From an uncultured Verrucomicrobiae bacterium (GTDB taxonomy: Bacteria; Verrucomicrobiota; Verrucomicrobiia; Palsa-1439), in assembly GCA_963812605.1 (NCBI GenBank), contig CAWEWF010000008.1:160001-224000 (forward strand): a stretch of 64,000 bases of DNA, given 5' to 3'. A model generated the notes under the pieces. The model saw only the letters and a program-made list of their open reading frames with translations, was not told where the DNA came from and made no database searches. The translations under genes were made by a program, and so were the position numbers. Shown one piece after another: positions 49,525 to 59,894 of this stretch; the first letter of the stretch is position 1, and each line of letters opens with the position of its first letter.

Positions 49525-51249
49525 ATGAAGAACGCGTGGAGACCACTGGCCGTGGTGTGCGCGCTGGTGATCGGGGCTTACGCGTACCTGGACCAGTCGG
49601 GTTTATTGGAACTGCTCAGTCCGGATGCGGCCAGCACTCACTACAATTTACTGGTGCAAGGTTTTCGCGCCGGCCAACTCAACCTAAAAGCGGATGTTCC
49701 ACCCGGCCTCGCGCAACTCGCCGACCCTTACGATCCGGTCGCCAACGCCCCCTATCGCATTACTCCTTACCGGCTGCACGACCTGAGCTACTACAAGGGC
49801 CGGCTCTACCTCTACCACGGCGTTACGCCCGCCCTGATACTTTTCTGGCCGTTCGTCGCGCTGACCGGGTACTATCTCTTCCACCGGCAGGCTGCGGCGA
49901 TTTTTTGCACGATCGGATTTCTGGTCAGCGTGGGACTGCTGTACGCGTTGTGGCGGCGCTACTTTGCCGAAGTAAGCGTCGGGGTGGTCGCGGCGTGCGC
50001 GCTGGCGCTCGGGTTGGCGACCGGCATGCCGATCCTGTTGTCGCAGGCCGATGTTCATCAGGTGTCGATCAGTTGCGGGTATATGCTGACCATGCTGGCG
50101 CTGGCGGCAATCTGGTGCGCGTTGCACGAACCAGAGCGGCGCTCTCTATGGCTGGCAGCAGCGAGCGTAGCGTACGGGCTGGCCGTGGGGGCCCGGCCCT
50201 CATTGCTGTTCGGCGCGGTAATCTTGCTGGTGCCGGTGGCCCAAGCCTGGCGCGAGCGTTGGCCCCGAAAGCTTTCGGGGCTGGTCGCGGCAATTGGTCC
50301 GATCCTGCTCATCGGGTTGGGGCTGATGCTCTACAACTACCGGCGATTCGACAATCCATTCGAATTCGGCGTGCGCTACCTGTTGTCCGGGGACAGTCGC
50401 TCGTCTTCCGTGCGCCATTTCAGTTTGGGTTATCTCTGGTTCAACCTCCGCCTCTATTTCTTGAAGTCAGTGAGCTGGAGCGGTCATTTTCCTTTCGTGC
50501 AGAGAATGGTGGTGCCGCCCCTGCCGCCGGGTCATGGCACCGTGGAAAAACCTTTTGGCATCCTGACGAACATTCCCCTCGTGTGGCTGGCGCTGGCCGT
50601 GCCATTGGCATTGCGGAGTCAATCGGCGGTGGCCACCTCAACCTTGCGCTGGTTTGTGTCGGTGGTGGCCATGCTCTTCGGGATCAGTGTGTTGACCATT
50701 GGTCTTTTCTATTATACCGCTGTCCGTTATGAGGTGGATTTCCTGCCGGCACTACTGCTGCTAACCGCGGTTGGCATCCTCGGATTGGAACAGGCTCTGG
50801 CGGACCGGCCAACCTGGAGGCGTGCTTCACGCTGGGTCTGGGGCCTGTTGTTGGGCTACTCGGTGGTGTTTAATCTGCTGGCGAGCGTTGAGTATCACGC
50901 CGAGGCACACCACGTCCTGGGCACTCAACTGTCCCAGGCAGGTAAAATCCCGGAGGCGATCGGGCAATACGAGCAGGCCCTGCGTCTCAACCCCGATTTC
51001 CCCAGGGCGCACCGCGACTCGGGAGTCGCCCTGGAGCGAACGGGCCGGCAGCCAAGAGGCGATCGAACAATACAAGAGGCCCTGCGTCTCAACCCCGATT
51101 ACATCATGGCACACTATAACCTCGCCGTTGCCCTGGAACACACCGGTAAAATCCCCGACGCCATCCAACACTATCAGCAAGCCTTGCGGATCAAACCCGA
51201 TTTCACCGACGCGCAAACCGCCCTTGCGCGGCTGCAACCCGGCCAGTAA
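49525..51249 (+). CDS. Polytopic membrane protein (GT-C-like) with C-terminal TPRs
   Basis: HDLSYYKGRLYLY, YNYRRFDNPFEFG and RYEVDF motifs; TPR tail with a short compensating frameshift around 51050. Confidence 0.75.
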   Translation: MKNAWRPLAVVCALVIGAYAYLDQSGLLELLSPDAASTHYNLLVQGFRAGQLNLKADVPPGLAQLADPYDPVANAPYRITPYRLHDLSYYKGRLYLYHGVTPALILFWPFVALTGYYLFHRQAAAIFCTIGFLVSVGLLYALWRRYFAEVSVGVVAACALALGLATGMPILLSQADVHQVSISCGYMLTMLALAAIWCALHEPERRSLWLAAASVAYGLAVGARPSLLFGAVILLVPVAQAWRERWPRKLSGLVAAIGPILLIGLGLMLYNYRRFDNPFEFGVRYLLSGDSRSSSVRHFSLGYLWFNLRLYFLKSVSWSGHFPFVQRMVVPPLPPGHGTVEKPFGILTNIPLVWLALAVPLALRSQSAVATSTLRWFVSVVAMLFGISVLTIGLFYYTAVRYEVDFLPALLLLTAVGILGLEQALADRPTWRRASRWVWGLLLGYSVVFNLLASVEYHAEAHHVLGTQLSQAGKIPEAIGQYEQALRLNPDFPRAHRDSGVALERTGRQPRGDRTIQEALRLNPDYIMAHYNLAVALEHTGKIPDAIQHYQQALRIKPDFTDAQTALARLQPGQ

Positions 51250-51361
51250 GCCGGTAGTGCCTTAATTTCCGAATGGGAGGGACGCGCTCCGTCGCGTCCG
51301 CTGTCGTCAACGATCCCGGACGGCTACGACGGAGCGTGGCCCTTGTATCTAGAATTTTTGG

Positions 51362-52533
<1,172 letters not shown>

Positions 52534-52617
52534 AAAGACAGTTGCTCCAGATTAGGGCACCACCAGTAAGCCGGGAAATGGGTTTGCAACAAGTCGGCCT
52601 TGAGATAATGTTACCGT

Positions 52618-52848
52618 GTGACTGCGACTTTGCTAAAGCAGGTGAAGGCACTGCCCGCAAATGAGCGGGCGGAACTGGCACAAGTCCTTTGGGAAAACCT
52701 GATTGAAAGCGGTTACGATCCGGAAGTTACCCCCGCCCAGCGAGCCGAACTGGATCGCCGCCTCAAGGCTCACGCCAAAAATCCCGCCAATGTCGTGCCG
52801 TGGGAGACGGTGAAAGCCGACCTCGCCAAAAAATACGGCAAGCCGTGA
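52618..52848 (+). CDS. Addiction-module antitoxin component (TIGR02574-like), solo
   Basis: LPANERAELAQVLWENL...AQRAELDRRL...P..VVPWETVK. Confidence 0.82.
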   Translation: MTATLLKQVKALPANERAELAQVLWENLIESGYDPEVTPAQRAELDRRLKAHAKNPANVVPWETVKADLAKKYGKP

Positions 52849-52901
52849 AGAAACGCCGGCTGATGCCGATATAGATGATGTAGCTACAAGAAAACGATAA
52901 G

Positions 52902-53048
52902 ATGAAAAGAGAGAAACGAGAGAAGCTGGAGAAGGCTGGTTGGCGAATCGGTAGCACGGCAGATTTTCTTGCCCTGACACCAGCAGAGGAACGCCACGTC
53001 GAAATGAAAGTGGCGCTAACGCACAAGTTGAGTGCCCGACGGCACTGA
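52902..53048 (+). pseudogene. Truncated HigA/XRE-type antitoxin N-terminus
   Basis: MKREKREKLEKAGWRIGSTADFLALTPAEERHVEMKVAL, then a stop before the HTH. Confidence 0.6.
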
Positions 53049-53121
53049 ATGCTCGGCGCGTCATGCCCATGTCCCGCAGCGAAGGCGGCAATCTACAAAA
53101 CCCTCCAATTTCCTAAGAGAT

Positions 53122-53149
53122 GTTGTAGGCCGCGTGCCCTCACGCGGCG
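53122..53149 (+). repeat. GTAG-type REP
   Basis: GTTGTAGGCCGCGTGCCCTCACGCGGCG with stem CCGCGTG/CACGCGG; two relatives inside smc. Confidence 0.8.
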
Positions 53150-53237
53150 GTTGTTTGGGTCGCGGTAAAACAGCTTGCCCGAGCTCGCACAGGAGGCGTA
53201 GATTTCCTGAACGCACACAGGAAAGGGAAAGACCGTC

Positions 53238-53936
53238 ATGAAAGCTGCGATCCTTACGATGTTGCTGCCGCTGCTCGCAGGTTCGATCCAAGCAGAAGAA
53301 ACCAATACGCCGCCCGCTCCCACCAGTGCCACCAGCAACGTCACGCCCAGTAGCGTCACAAGCAATGTCGCCCCTAGCACCATAACAATCGACGGCACAA
53401 CCTATGAAGAAGTCCGCTGGGGCAGACTAACGCCTTCCACTGTCACCATTTTCCATAAGACAGGTGTTGCGACAATCGCACTGGCAAAATTACCCCCTGA
53501 ATTGCAGAAGAGATTCGGGTATGACCCGCAGAGGGCTGCTGCTTGGCAGACCGCCGAGCAGAAGTCCGCAGCAGCCAGAGCAAAGGTTGAAAGGCAACAG
53601 GCACTTTTGAGCCAATACGGAGCCAAAAAAATAAACCCTGCACAAGTCGGTGCAATCGGAAAACTTGGTAGCGGCTGGACTGTCCTCCAAGTTCTTGACA
53701 CGAGCAGGATGCTGATTCGTGGCTACATCAGACCCGACCCTATGACTGGGAGCGGGCCGAGTTTCACCTCACCCTTCTGCCTTCAAGGGTTTCCAACGAG
53801 CAACTATACTGACGGACAAAACTTGCAGCTAGATTGGACAGGCATGGTTGTCAAAGTCACACACACTATGACTTATGATTCCACTGAAGGCGCGCAGCGA
53901 ACGATTTTTGTTATGGAGCCGTACGACGGCAATTGA
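53238..53936 (+). CDS. Secreted hypothetical protein
   Basis: Signal peptide, Ser/Thr-rich linker, and DGTTYEEV...LPPELQKRFGYDP domain. Confidence 0.7.
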   Translation: MKAAILTMLLPLLAGSIQAEETNTPPAPTSATSNVTPSSVTSNVAPSTITIDGTTYEEVRWGRLTPSTVTIFHKTGVATIALAKLPPELQKRFGYDPQRAAAWQTAEQKSAAARAKVERQQALLSQYGAKKINPAQVGAIGKLGSGWTVLQVLDTSRMLIRGYIRPDPMTGSGPSFTSPFCLQGFPTSNYTDGQNLQLDWTGMVVKVTHTMTYDSTEGAQRTIFVMEPYDGN

Positions 53937-54006
53937 CGGCGAACTGCCATCGTGACAAAGAAGAAATCGCGCGACTTCGTAAAATGGACGATAAAGCGGG
54001 TAGCTG

Positions 54007-54477
54007 CTAATACTTCGCGAACTCCACATGTGTCAGTGTCTTGTCGAATCTGGGATAAGGGGTAGGCGGCAAGTTCTGCATAGCTTGGGCAAAGCCCTTG
54101 AATCTCGGCCAAAACCTGCGGATTCCATCGGCGTCAACAGGATCGAAAACTTTAATCGACTTCGGCTTTAAGTAAAGCGTCCCTCGGAAGCCTCGTTTGT
54201 AATACTTGCCGGCACAGCCGTCATCTGTCGGTTTCTTAAACGCATTGACCTTTTTTGACACGGCGCTCGCGACGATTCTACCCTTGTATTGAAATAGCAC
54301 GGTCGTACCTGCCTTAGCGTCTGGCCGCTTTGAGAGGTATAGGTATTCGCCTTCATTTTCTAAAGGCAATTCATCCCGAAAGAATTCCTGCTGAACGTCA
54401 TGCCACTTCCCATAGTCTTTGAACATTTTTTTACTGTCCATTGGTAGGACTAGCACGGCTAGTGGTGTTTTGCTCAT
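54007..54477 (-). CDS. Hypothetical protein (possibly EVE/PUA-like)
   Basis: AT-richer ORF; AGTTVLFQYKGRIVASAV pattern; no firm family assignment. Confidence 0.5.
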   Translation of the reverse strand: MSKTPLAVLVLPMDSKKMFKDYGKWHDVQQEFFRDELPLENEGEYLYLSKRPDAKAGTTVLFQYKGRIVASAVSKKVNAFKKPTDDGCAGKYYKRGFRGTLYLKPKSIKVFDPVDADGIRRFWPRFKGFAQAMQNLPPTPYPRFDKTLTHVEFAKY

Positions 54478-54667
54478 AAAGTCATTCCCGCCATGCCGAT
54501 TTCTTACTGCTCTATATCGGGGAAGACAAGCTGAAAGGCCGCCTGTAACGAATAGACACATGTGGCCTCTTCCCAGCGAATCCAGATGTGTAAGTGCTTG
54601 AGTTTTGGCTTGCTTTCGCACGTGGCCCCGCTATCTTTCCCGCAAAGAAAGGGGTGGGGACCTCATC

Positions 54668-57600
54668 ATGTATCTGAAGAGCCTTCAGCTCATTGGCTTC
54701 AAGTCATTTGCTGAAAAGACTACGCTGGAGTTTTTGCCGGGCGTGACCGCGGTGGTCGGTCCGAACGGTTGCGGGAAATCCAATATCTCCGACGCGATCC
54801 GCTGGGTGCTCGGGGAGCAATCGGCCAAGGCGTTGCGCGGCAGCGAGATGGCCAACGTCATCTTCAACGGCACCGACGGCCGCCGGGCCATCAACCTCGC
54901 CGAAGTCAGCATGACCTTCGCGGAAGTCGATCCCACGAGCCTCTCGCTCCCGGGCGTCAATCTCGATTTCTCCGAGATCACGATCTCGCGCCGCGTCCAT
55001 CGCGACGGCAATGGCGAGTACTTCATCAACAAGACGCCGTGCCGCCTGCGCGACATCCAGGGCCTGTTCATGGACACGGGCATTGGCCGGTCGAGCTATT
55101 CGCTGATGGCGCAGGGACAGATCGACCAGATCCTCAGCGCGCATCCCGAGGATCGCCGCACGATTTTTGAGGAAGCCGCGGGCATCAACAAGTACAAGCA
55201 CCAGAAGAAAGAAGCGCTCCGCAAGCTTGAGTACACCGAGGCCAACCTCGTCCGCATCACCGACATCATCAAGGAAGTCAAACGCCAGATCATTTCGCTG
55301 CAGCGCCAGGCCGGCAAGGCCCGCCGTTACAAGGAACTCTTCGACCAACTCAAGGGAATCGACACGCGTCTCGCGCGCCACAAGTACGACCTGCTGCATT
55401 CTGAAATCCCGGGTCTGGAATCCCAGATCACCAACTTTGTCCACCAATCCGAGGCGTTCTCCGCCCAAATCGCCGAGAAGGAACAGCAGATCGCCGATCT
55501 CCGCCGTTCGCTCGCGGAAATCGAGCGCGCCATCAGCGAAGCCGTCAACCGCGATCACGAACTCAAGAGCGAAGCCGACCGTCACCAGCAGCGCACGACG
55601 ACCAATGCCGAGCGGATTACCGAACTCGAAGAACTCATCGAGAACAATCATCGCGAGACCGCGGGCGCCGAGGAAAAAATTCGCGTCCAGGAGGAATTGC
55701 TCTCGTCGCTCAACGCCGAGTTCGAGCAGATCGACTCCAGCCTCGCCTCCGAACAGGCCAAACTACAGGCCCAGCAGGACGCCGTGCGGCAACTCGACGC
55801 CGACCTTTCGCAGAAGAACATTTTGCTAACCGAAGCCAAGTCCGCGCTCCTGGACCTGGAGAGCGCCGTCGCCCACAGCCGCAACGAACTGGCGGGACTC
55901 GACCAGAAGAAGAAATACGATGTCGTTCGCGCCGAGCGTCTCTCGACCGAGCGCCTGCAACTCGAAGACCAGCGCCGCGCCCTCGAGCAACGGCTGCAGG
56001 CCTACAACAACGGTCTCGCCGAATTGCGGAGCAACGTCAATACGCTCCGCGCCGCATTGGCCGCGAAACAGTCCGAGTTGAGCGAGGTTTCTTCGCAGGC
56101 AAGCGCCGCATCGCAGACGCATCAAGACGGAATCTCGGACGCCTCGCAGAAGAGCACACGCCTTGATGTGCTTCGCCAATTCTTCGCCGCGCCGGATGGC
56201 CGCACAACCCTCGGCAATATCCTCGACGTGGAACCGCAATACGGTGCTGCCATTGAAGCCGCCTTGCATCATGCGATTCACACGATTTTGACCGATGACC
56301 TCAATGCTGCGCGTCAATTGCTCGCGAGCGGCTTGCAGAATCCGTCAGTCGCCACGCCAGACCTTGCGGTTGCCGGTCGCGTGCCCTCACACGACGAGAT
56401 GGACAACGCGAACGCCGCTTGGGGAGGCGCGGCCTACAACAAAGTTGCAGCGGTTTCAGTCGTACGTGTCCGCGATGCGCGCTTTGAACCGCTCGTGCGC
56501 GCGTTGCTGGCAAACTGCATCATTACAGATGATCTCGACACAGCCCTGGCGGTACGCGCGACCAATCCGCACTTTGCCGTCGCCACGCTGCGGGGAGAAC
56601 TGGTGGACGAGCACGGAATCCTCAGCGCCGTCTCCAAGAGCCACATCGCGGAAATCAGCGAACTGACCCAGGAAGTCGCGGAGCTTCAGGCGCGCGTTTC
56701 CGGGCAGAAAACCGCCAGGGCTGAACTGGAGCAGAGAAAAGCCGCGCTCGAAACGGAATTTTCCATTCTCCGCGCCGATCTTCACGCAAAAGAAATCGCC
56801 CTGGCCGCGAAGGAAGGTGAACTCAACGCCCTGGCGACCGAAGGTCGCGACCTGGAAAGCAAGGTCCATACAGTAGTGTTCGAATTACAGGCGATCGAGC
56901 AACAGGATGCCGACGAGAAGCAACGCCGCGAGACGATCCTGGCGAGCCTGCGCGGGTCGGAGGCGCGCCAGGGCGAATTGCGGCAGCAAATGAGCCGTGC
57001 CCAACAAGCGGTGGATGAACTGCTCGTTCGCAAAGAGCAGATGACCCAACAACTCACCGAGTTGCGCGTCAGTGTCGGCGGCATCGAGCACAAGCGGCGG
57101 GCGATTGAGAGCCAGCGCGAGCCCATTGCGGCCCGCGTGCGCGACCTGCATGAGCGCATGGAGATCTGCGCCGGCGAAATCACCAGTTATACGGCGAAGA
57201 TCGAACAGTTTCGGGTGGAGATCCGCGAGTCGGAGCAAAAGATCGGCGAACTCGCCAGTGCCCGCGAGCAATCGCAGCAGCAAATTGGCGGCCTCCAGCA
57301 CCAGCGCGCGGAAGTTGCCACCGGCATCGAACACGCCGAGGAAGAACTGCGCGCCATCCGCAAACAGGCCAACGATGCGCAGTCGCAAAAATCAGGCTTG
57401 GAAGTCCAACTCGCGCAAAAGCGGATGGAAAGCCAGAACCTCAAGGACCGCGTCTGGCAGAAGTACCAGGTGAATGTTGAGGATGTCCGCGGCGACCTGA
57501 TCAATATCACGGTTGCCGACCGGGGTCCCGCGATCACCGAGCAGGTCGAGCTGCCGGTCGATTGGGACGCGCTCGAACTCCAGGTCACCGAGATGCAGTC

Positions 57601-58534
57601 GAAGCTCGACGCGATGGGCCCGGTGAACGTGGAAGCCATCAATGAGTTTGAGGAGTTGGAGCAGCGCCACAATTTCCTCTCGCAACAGCACGAGGACCTC
57701 GTCAAGGCGAAGGACCAGCTCTTGCAGGTCATCACCAAGATCAACTCGACCACGAAACAGCTTTTCCAGGAAACCTTCGAGAAGATCCGCGAGAATTTCC
57801 AGATCATGTACACCGAGTTGTTCGGCGGCGGCAAAGCGAACCTGATCCTGCTCGACGAAAACGACCCGCTCGAAAGCGGCATCGAGATCGTCGCGAAACC
57901 ACCGGGCAAGCAACTCCAGAGCGTCACCCTGCTCAGCGGCGGCGAGAAAACACTGACCGCCACCGCCCTGCTGTTCGCCATCTACATGGTCAAACCGTCG
58001 CCGTTCTGCGTGCTCGACGAGTTGGACGCGCCTCTCGATGAATCGAACATCAACCGCTTCGTCCGTATCCTGCAACGGTTCATCACGCAATCGCAGTTCG
58101 TCATCATCACGCACAACAAGCGCACCATCGGCATGGCCGACGCGCTTTACGGCATCACGATGGAGGAGCACGGCGTTTCGAAGGTGGTTAGCGTGAAGTT
58201 CAGCCCGCGCGAGGAAGCCCAACGCAAACAGACCGAGAAGGCGCGCGAGCAACAGGAAGAACGGATCGACGGTGCTGCTGCCATCGCAGCTGACCTGCGT
58301 CCACACGAGGAAGAGTTGCACAACGATCTGCTCGTGAATAAAGAGCAGACCGTCGCGCCGATTGCCGACGCCGCACCCGTCCTCGTGGAAGCCGTGCCCG
58401 CTTTGGGCCAGCCCGCCCCCGACGATATCAAAGCCGAAGTGCAAGCCGCCATCGCCAATGCCGTCGAGGCCGGCGAATCGTCGAAGAGCACGGCGGAAGA
58501 GGCATCGTCCGAACCCGCCGAGCCGCAGTCGTAG
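54668..58534 (+). CDS. smc: Chromosome segregation protein SMC
   Basis: GFKSF, GPNGCGKSN, coiled coils, hinge, LSGGE, LDELDAPLD and ITHN motifs. Confidence 0.97.
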   Translation: MYLKSLQLIGFKSFAEKTTLEFLPGVTAVVGPNGCGKSNISDAIRWVLGEQSAKALRGSEMANVIFNGTDGRRAINLAEVSMTFAEVDPTSLSLPGVNLDFSEITISRRVHRDGNGEYFINKTPCRLRDIQGLFMDTGIGRSSYSLMAQGQIDQILSAHPEDRRTIFEEAAGINKYKHQKKEALRKLEYTEANLVRITDIIKEVKRQIISLQRQAGKARRYKELFDQLKGIDTRLARHKYDLLHSEIPGLESQITNFVHQSEAFSAQIAEKEQQIADLRRSLAEIERAISEAVNRDHELKSEADRHQQRTTTNAERITELEELIENNHRETAGAEEKIRVQEELLSSLNAEFEQIDSSLASEQAKLQAQQDAVRQLDADLSQKNILLTEAKSALLDLESAVAHSRNELAGLDQKKKYDVVRAERLSTERLQLEDQRRALEQRLQAYNNGLAELRSNVNTLRAALAAKQSELSEVSSQASAASQTHQDGISDASQKSTRLDVLRQFFAAPDGRTTLGNILDVEPQYGAAIEAALHHAIHTILTDDLNAARQLLASGLQNPSVATPDLAVAGRVPSHDEMDNANAAWGGAAYNKVAAVSVVRVRDARFEPLVRALLANCIITDDLDTALAVRATNPHFAVATLRGELVDEHGILSAVSKSHIAEISELTQEVAELQARVSGQKTARAELEQRKAALETEFSILRADLHAKEIALAAKEGELNALATEGRDLESKVHTVVFELQAIEQQDADEKQRRETILASLRGSEARQGELRQQMSRAQQAVDELLVRKEQMTQQLTELRVSVGGIEHKRRAIESQREPIAARVRDLHERMEICAGEITSYTAKIEQFRVEIRESEQKIGELASAREQSQQQIGGLQHQRAEVATGIEHAEEELRAIRKQANDAQSQKSGLEVQLAQKRMESQNLKDRVWQKYQVNVEDVRGDLINITVADRGPAITEQVELPVDWDALELQVTEMQSKLDAMGPVNVEAINEFEELEQRHNFLSQQHEDLVKAKDQLLQVITKINSTTKQLFQETFEKIRENFQIMYTELFGGGKANLILLDENDPLESGIEIVAKPPGKQLQSVTLLSGGEKTLTATALLFAIYMVKPSPFCVLDELDAPLDESNINRFVRILQRFITQSQFVIITHNKRTIGMADALYGITMEEHGVSKVVSVKFSPREEAQRKQTEKAREQQEERIDGAAAIAADLRPHEEELHNDLLVNKEQTVAPIADAAPVLVEAVPALGQPAPDDIKAEVQAAIANAVEAGESSKSTAEEASSEPAEPQS
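56369..56440. repeat. In-frame REP doublet (REPIN) inside smc
   Basis: Two inverted 28-bp arms, each 23/28 identical to the REP at 53122-53149; total 72 bp = 24 codons. Confidence 0.8.
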
Positions 58535-58546
58535 CACAAAAGGTTT

Positions 58547-58569
58547 GGCAAGCGGAGCGCTTGCCCTAC
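58547..58569 (-). repeat. GTAG-type REP
   Basis: Reverse complement GTAGGGCAAGCGCTCCGCTTGCC; same family as 19125-19147. Confidence 0.75.
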
Positions 58570-58581
58570 AATCTCCTGCCT

Positions 58582-59352
58582 ATGTTGGAAACGGCCATCG
58601 AGGCGGCGAGCGCCGCGGGGAAATTGTTGCGGAAGAATTTTGGCTCGACGCTGAACGTCAACCTCGCCACGCAACACGACATCAAGCTGGAGATCGACGA
58701 GCAGGCGCAGGAGGTCATCACCCGGGTCATTCTCGCGGATTTTCCCGACCATTGCATTCTCGGCGAAGAAGCGGTGACCGGGAATCCAAACGCGGATGTG
58801 CGCTGGGTCGTCGATCCTCTCGATGGGACGGTGAACTATTTCTACGGCATCCCGCATTACGCGGTGTCCATCGCGGCACAGGTGCGATGTGCCCCCGATC
58901 ATTGGGAGACAATCGCCGGTGTGGTGCTTGCGCCGGAGATTGATGAATTGTTCGCGTCGGCGAAGGAACAGCCGGCGACGTTGAACGGTCGGCCGATTCA
59001 AGTGAGTAATCGGACGGACATTGGCGAGGCTATTGTCGTGATGGGATTTTTCAAGAGCACAAGAACGATTGACCAGGGCCTGCAAAGTTTTGGCCGGATC
59101 ATCCACCAGGTGCGCAAGATTCGCCTGATGGGCGCGGCGGCGCTGGATGTGGCGTATGTGGCTTGCGGCCGTTTCGACGCGTATGTGGAATACGGCATCA
59201 AGCTCTGGGACATCGCCGCCGGCCAACTCATCCTCGAAAACGCCGGGGGTCGCGTGGAAAGCAAACCTCTTCCCGAGCCGCATTCCTTTGATGTGCAGAT
59301 GTGGAATGGAAAGATACCGCTGGCGGAATTATTACAACCGGCCCAGCCGTGA
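58582..59352 (+). CDS. suhB: Inositol monophosphatase family protein
   Basis: GEE, WVVDPLDGTVNY and WDIAAG motifs. Confidence 0.88.
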   Translation: MLETAIEAASAAGKLLRKNFGSTLNVNLATQHDIKLEIDEQAQEVITRVILADFPDHCILGEEAVTGNPNADVRWVVDPLDGTVNYFYGIPHYAVSIAAQVRCAPDHWETIAGVVLAPEIDELFASAKEQPATLNGRPIQVSNRTDIGEAIVVMGFFKSTRTIDQGLQSFGRIIHQVRKIRLMGAAALDVAYVACGRFDAYVEYGIKLWDIAAGQLILENAGGRVESKPLPEPHSFDVQMWNGKIPLAELLQPAQP

Positions 59353-59380
59353 GATGTGGCATCGCGACGGAACCGACGGC

Positions 59381-59842
59381 CTATTTTTTTCCCAGCATCC
59401 GCGCCCAGAAGCCCGCCGGTTTGGCCAATTGCGTCACGGACCCGCGACACTTCGGGCAAACCGTCGATAATTTGCCGGCGACCTGCTGCGAGAGCAGTTT
59501 CGACTCCGGCCAGACCGCGCCGCAGTTGGGGTTGTTGCAACGGTATTGTCCGCCCTTGCCGGGTTTTCCAAGAGTCGCGACCGACGGGCCGACATCGGCG
59601 ACAGGTGCCGGCGCCTCGGCGGGTGCCTCGGCTCGCAGGCGCGGCAAAGTCCGCGCTCCCGGCTTTACCGGCTGCACCGCTCCCCCCGACTGTTGGCCTG
59701 CCGACTGCGGTGCCTGGGCCTTGGCGAGCGACGGAATGGTCACTACGGCCTGGCAGCCAGGGCAATTGATTTGTAGTCCAGCGCCCGATTCATCAATCTT
59801 GATGCGCTGCTTGCAATGCGGACATTCAAAACGGATATCCAT
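59381..59842 (-). CDS. Double zinc-ribbon protein
   Basis: MDIRFECPHC...CPGC and CNNPNC...CPKC joined by a Pro/Ala linker. Confidence 0.75.
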   Translation of the reverse strand: MDIRFECPHCKQRIKIDESGAGLQINCPGCQAVVTIPSLAKAQAPQSAGQQSGGAVQPVKPGARTLPRLRAEAPAEAPAPVADVGPSVATLGKPGKGGQYRCNNPNCGAVWPESKLLSQQVAGKLSTVCPKCRGSVTQLAKPAGFWARMLGKK

Positions 59843-59894
59843 AATTCCAAACTACATTGTAAGAGTCCGTCTGGCAAAGTAAAGTTCATCCTTC

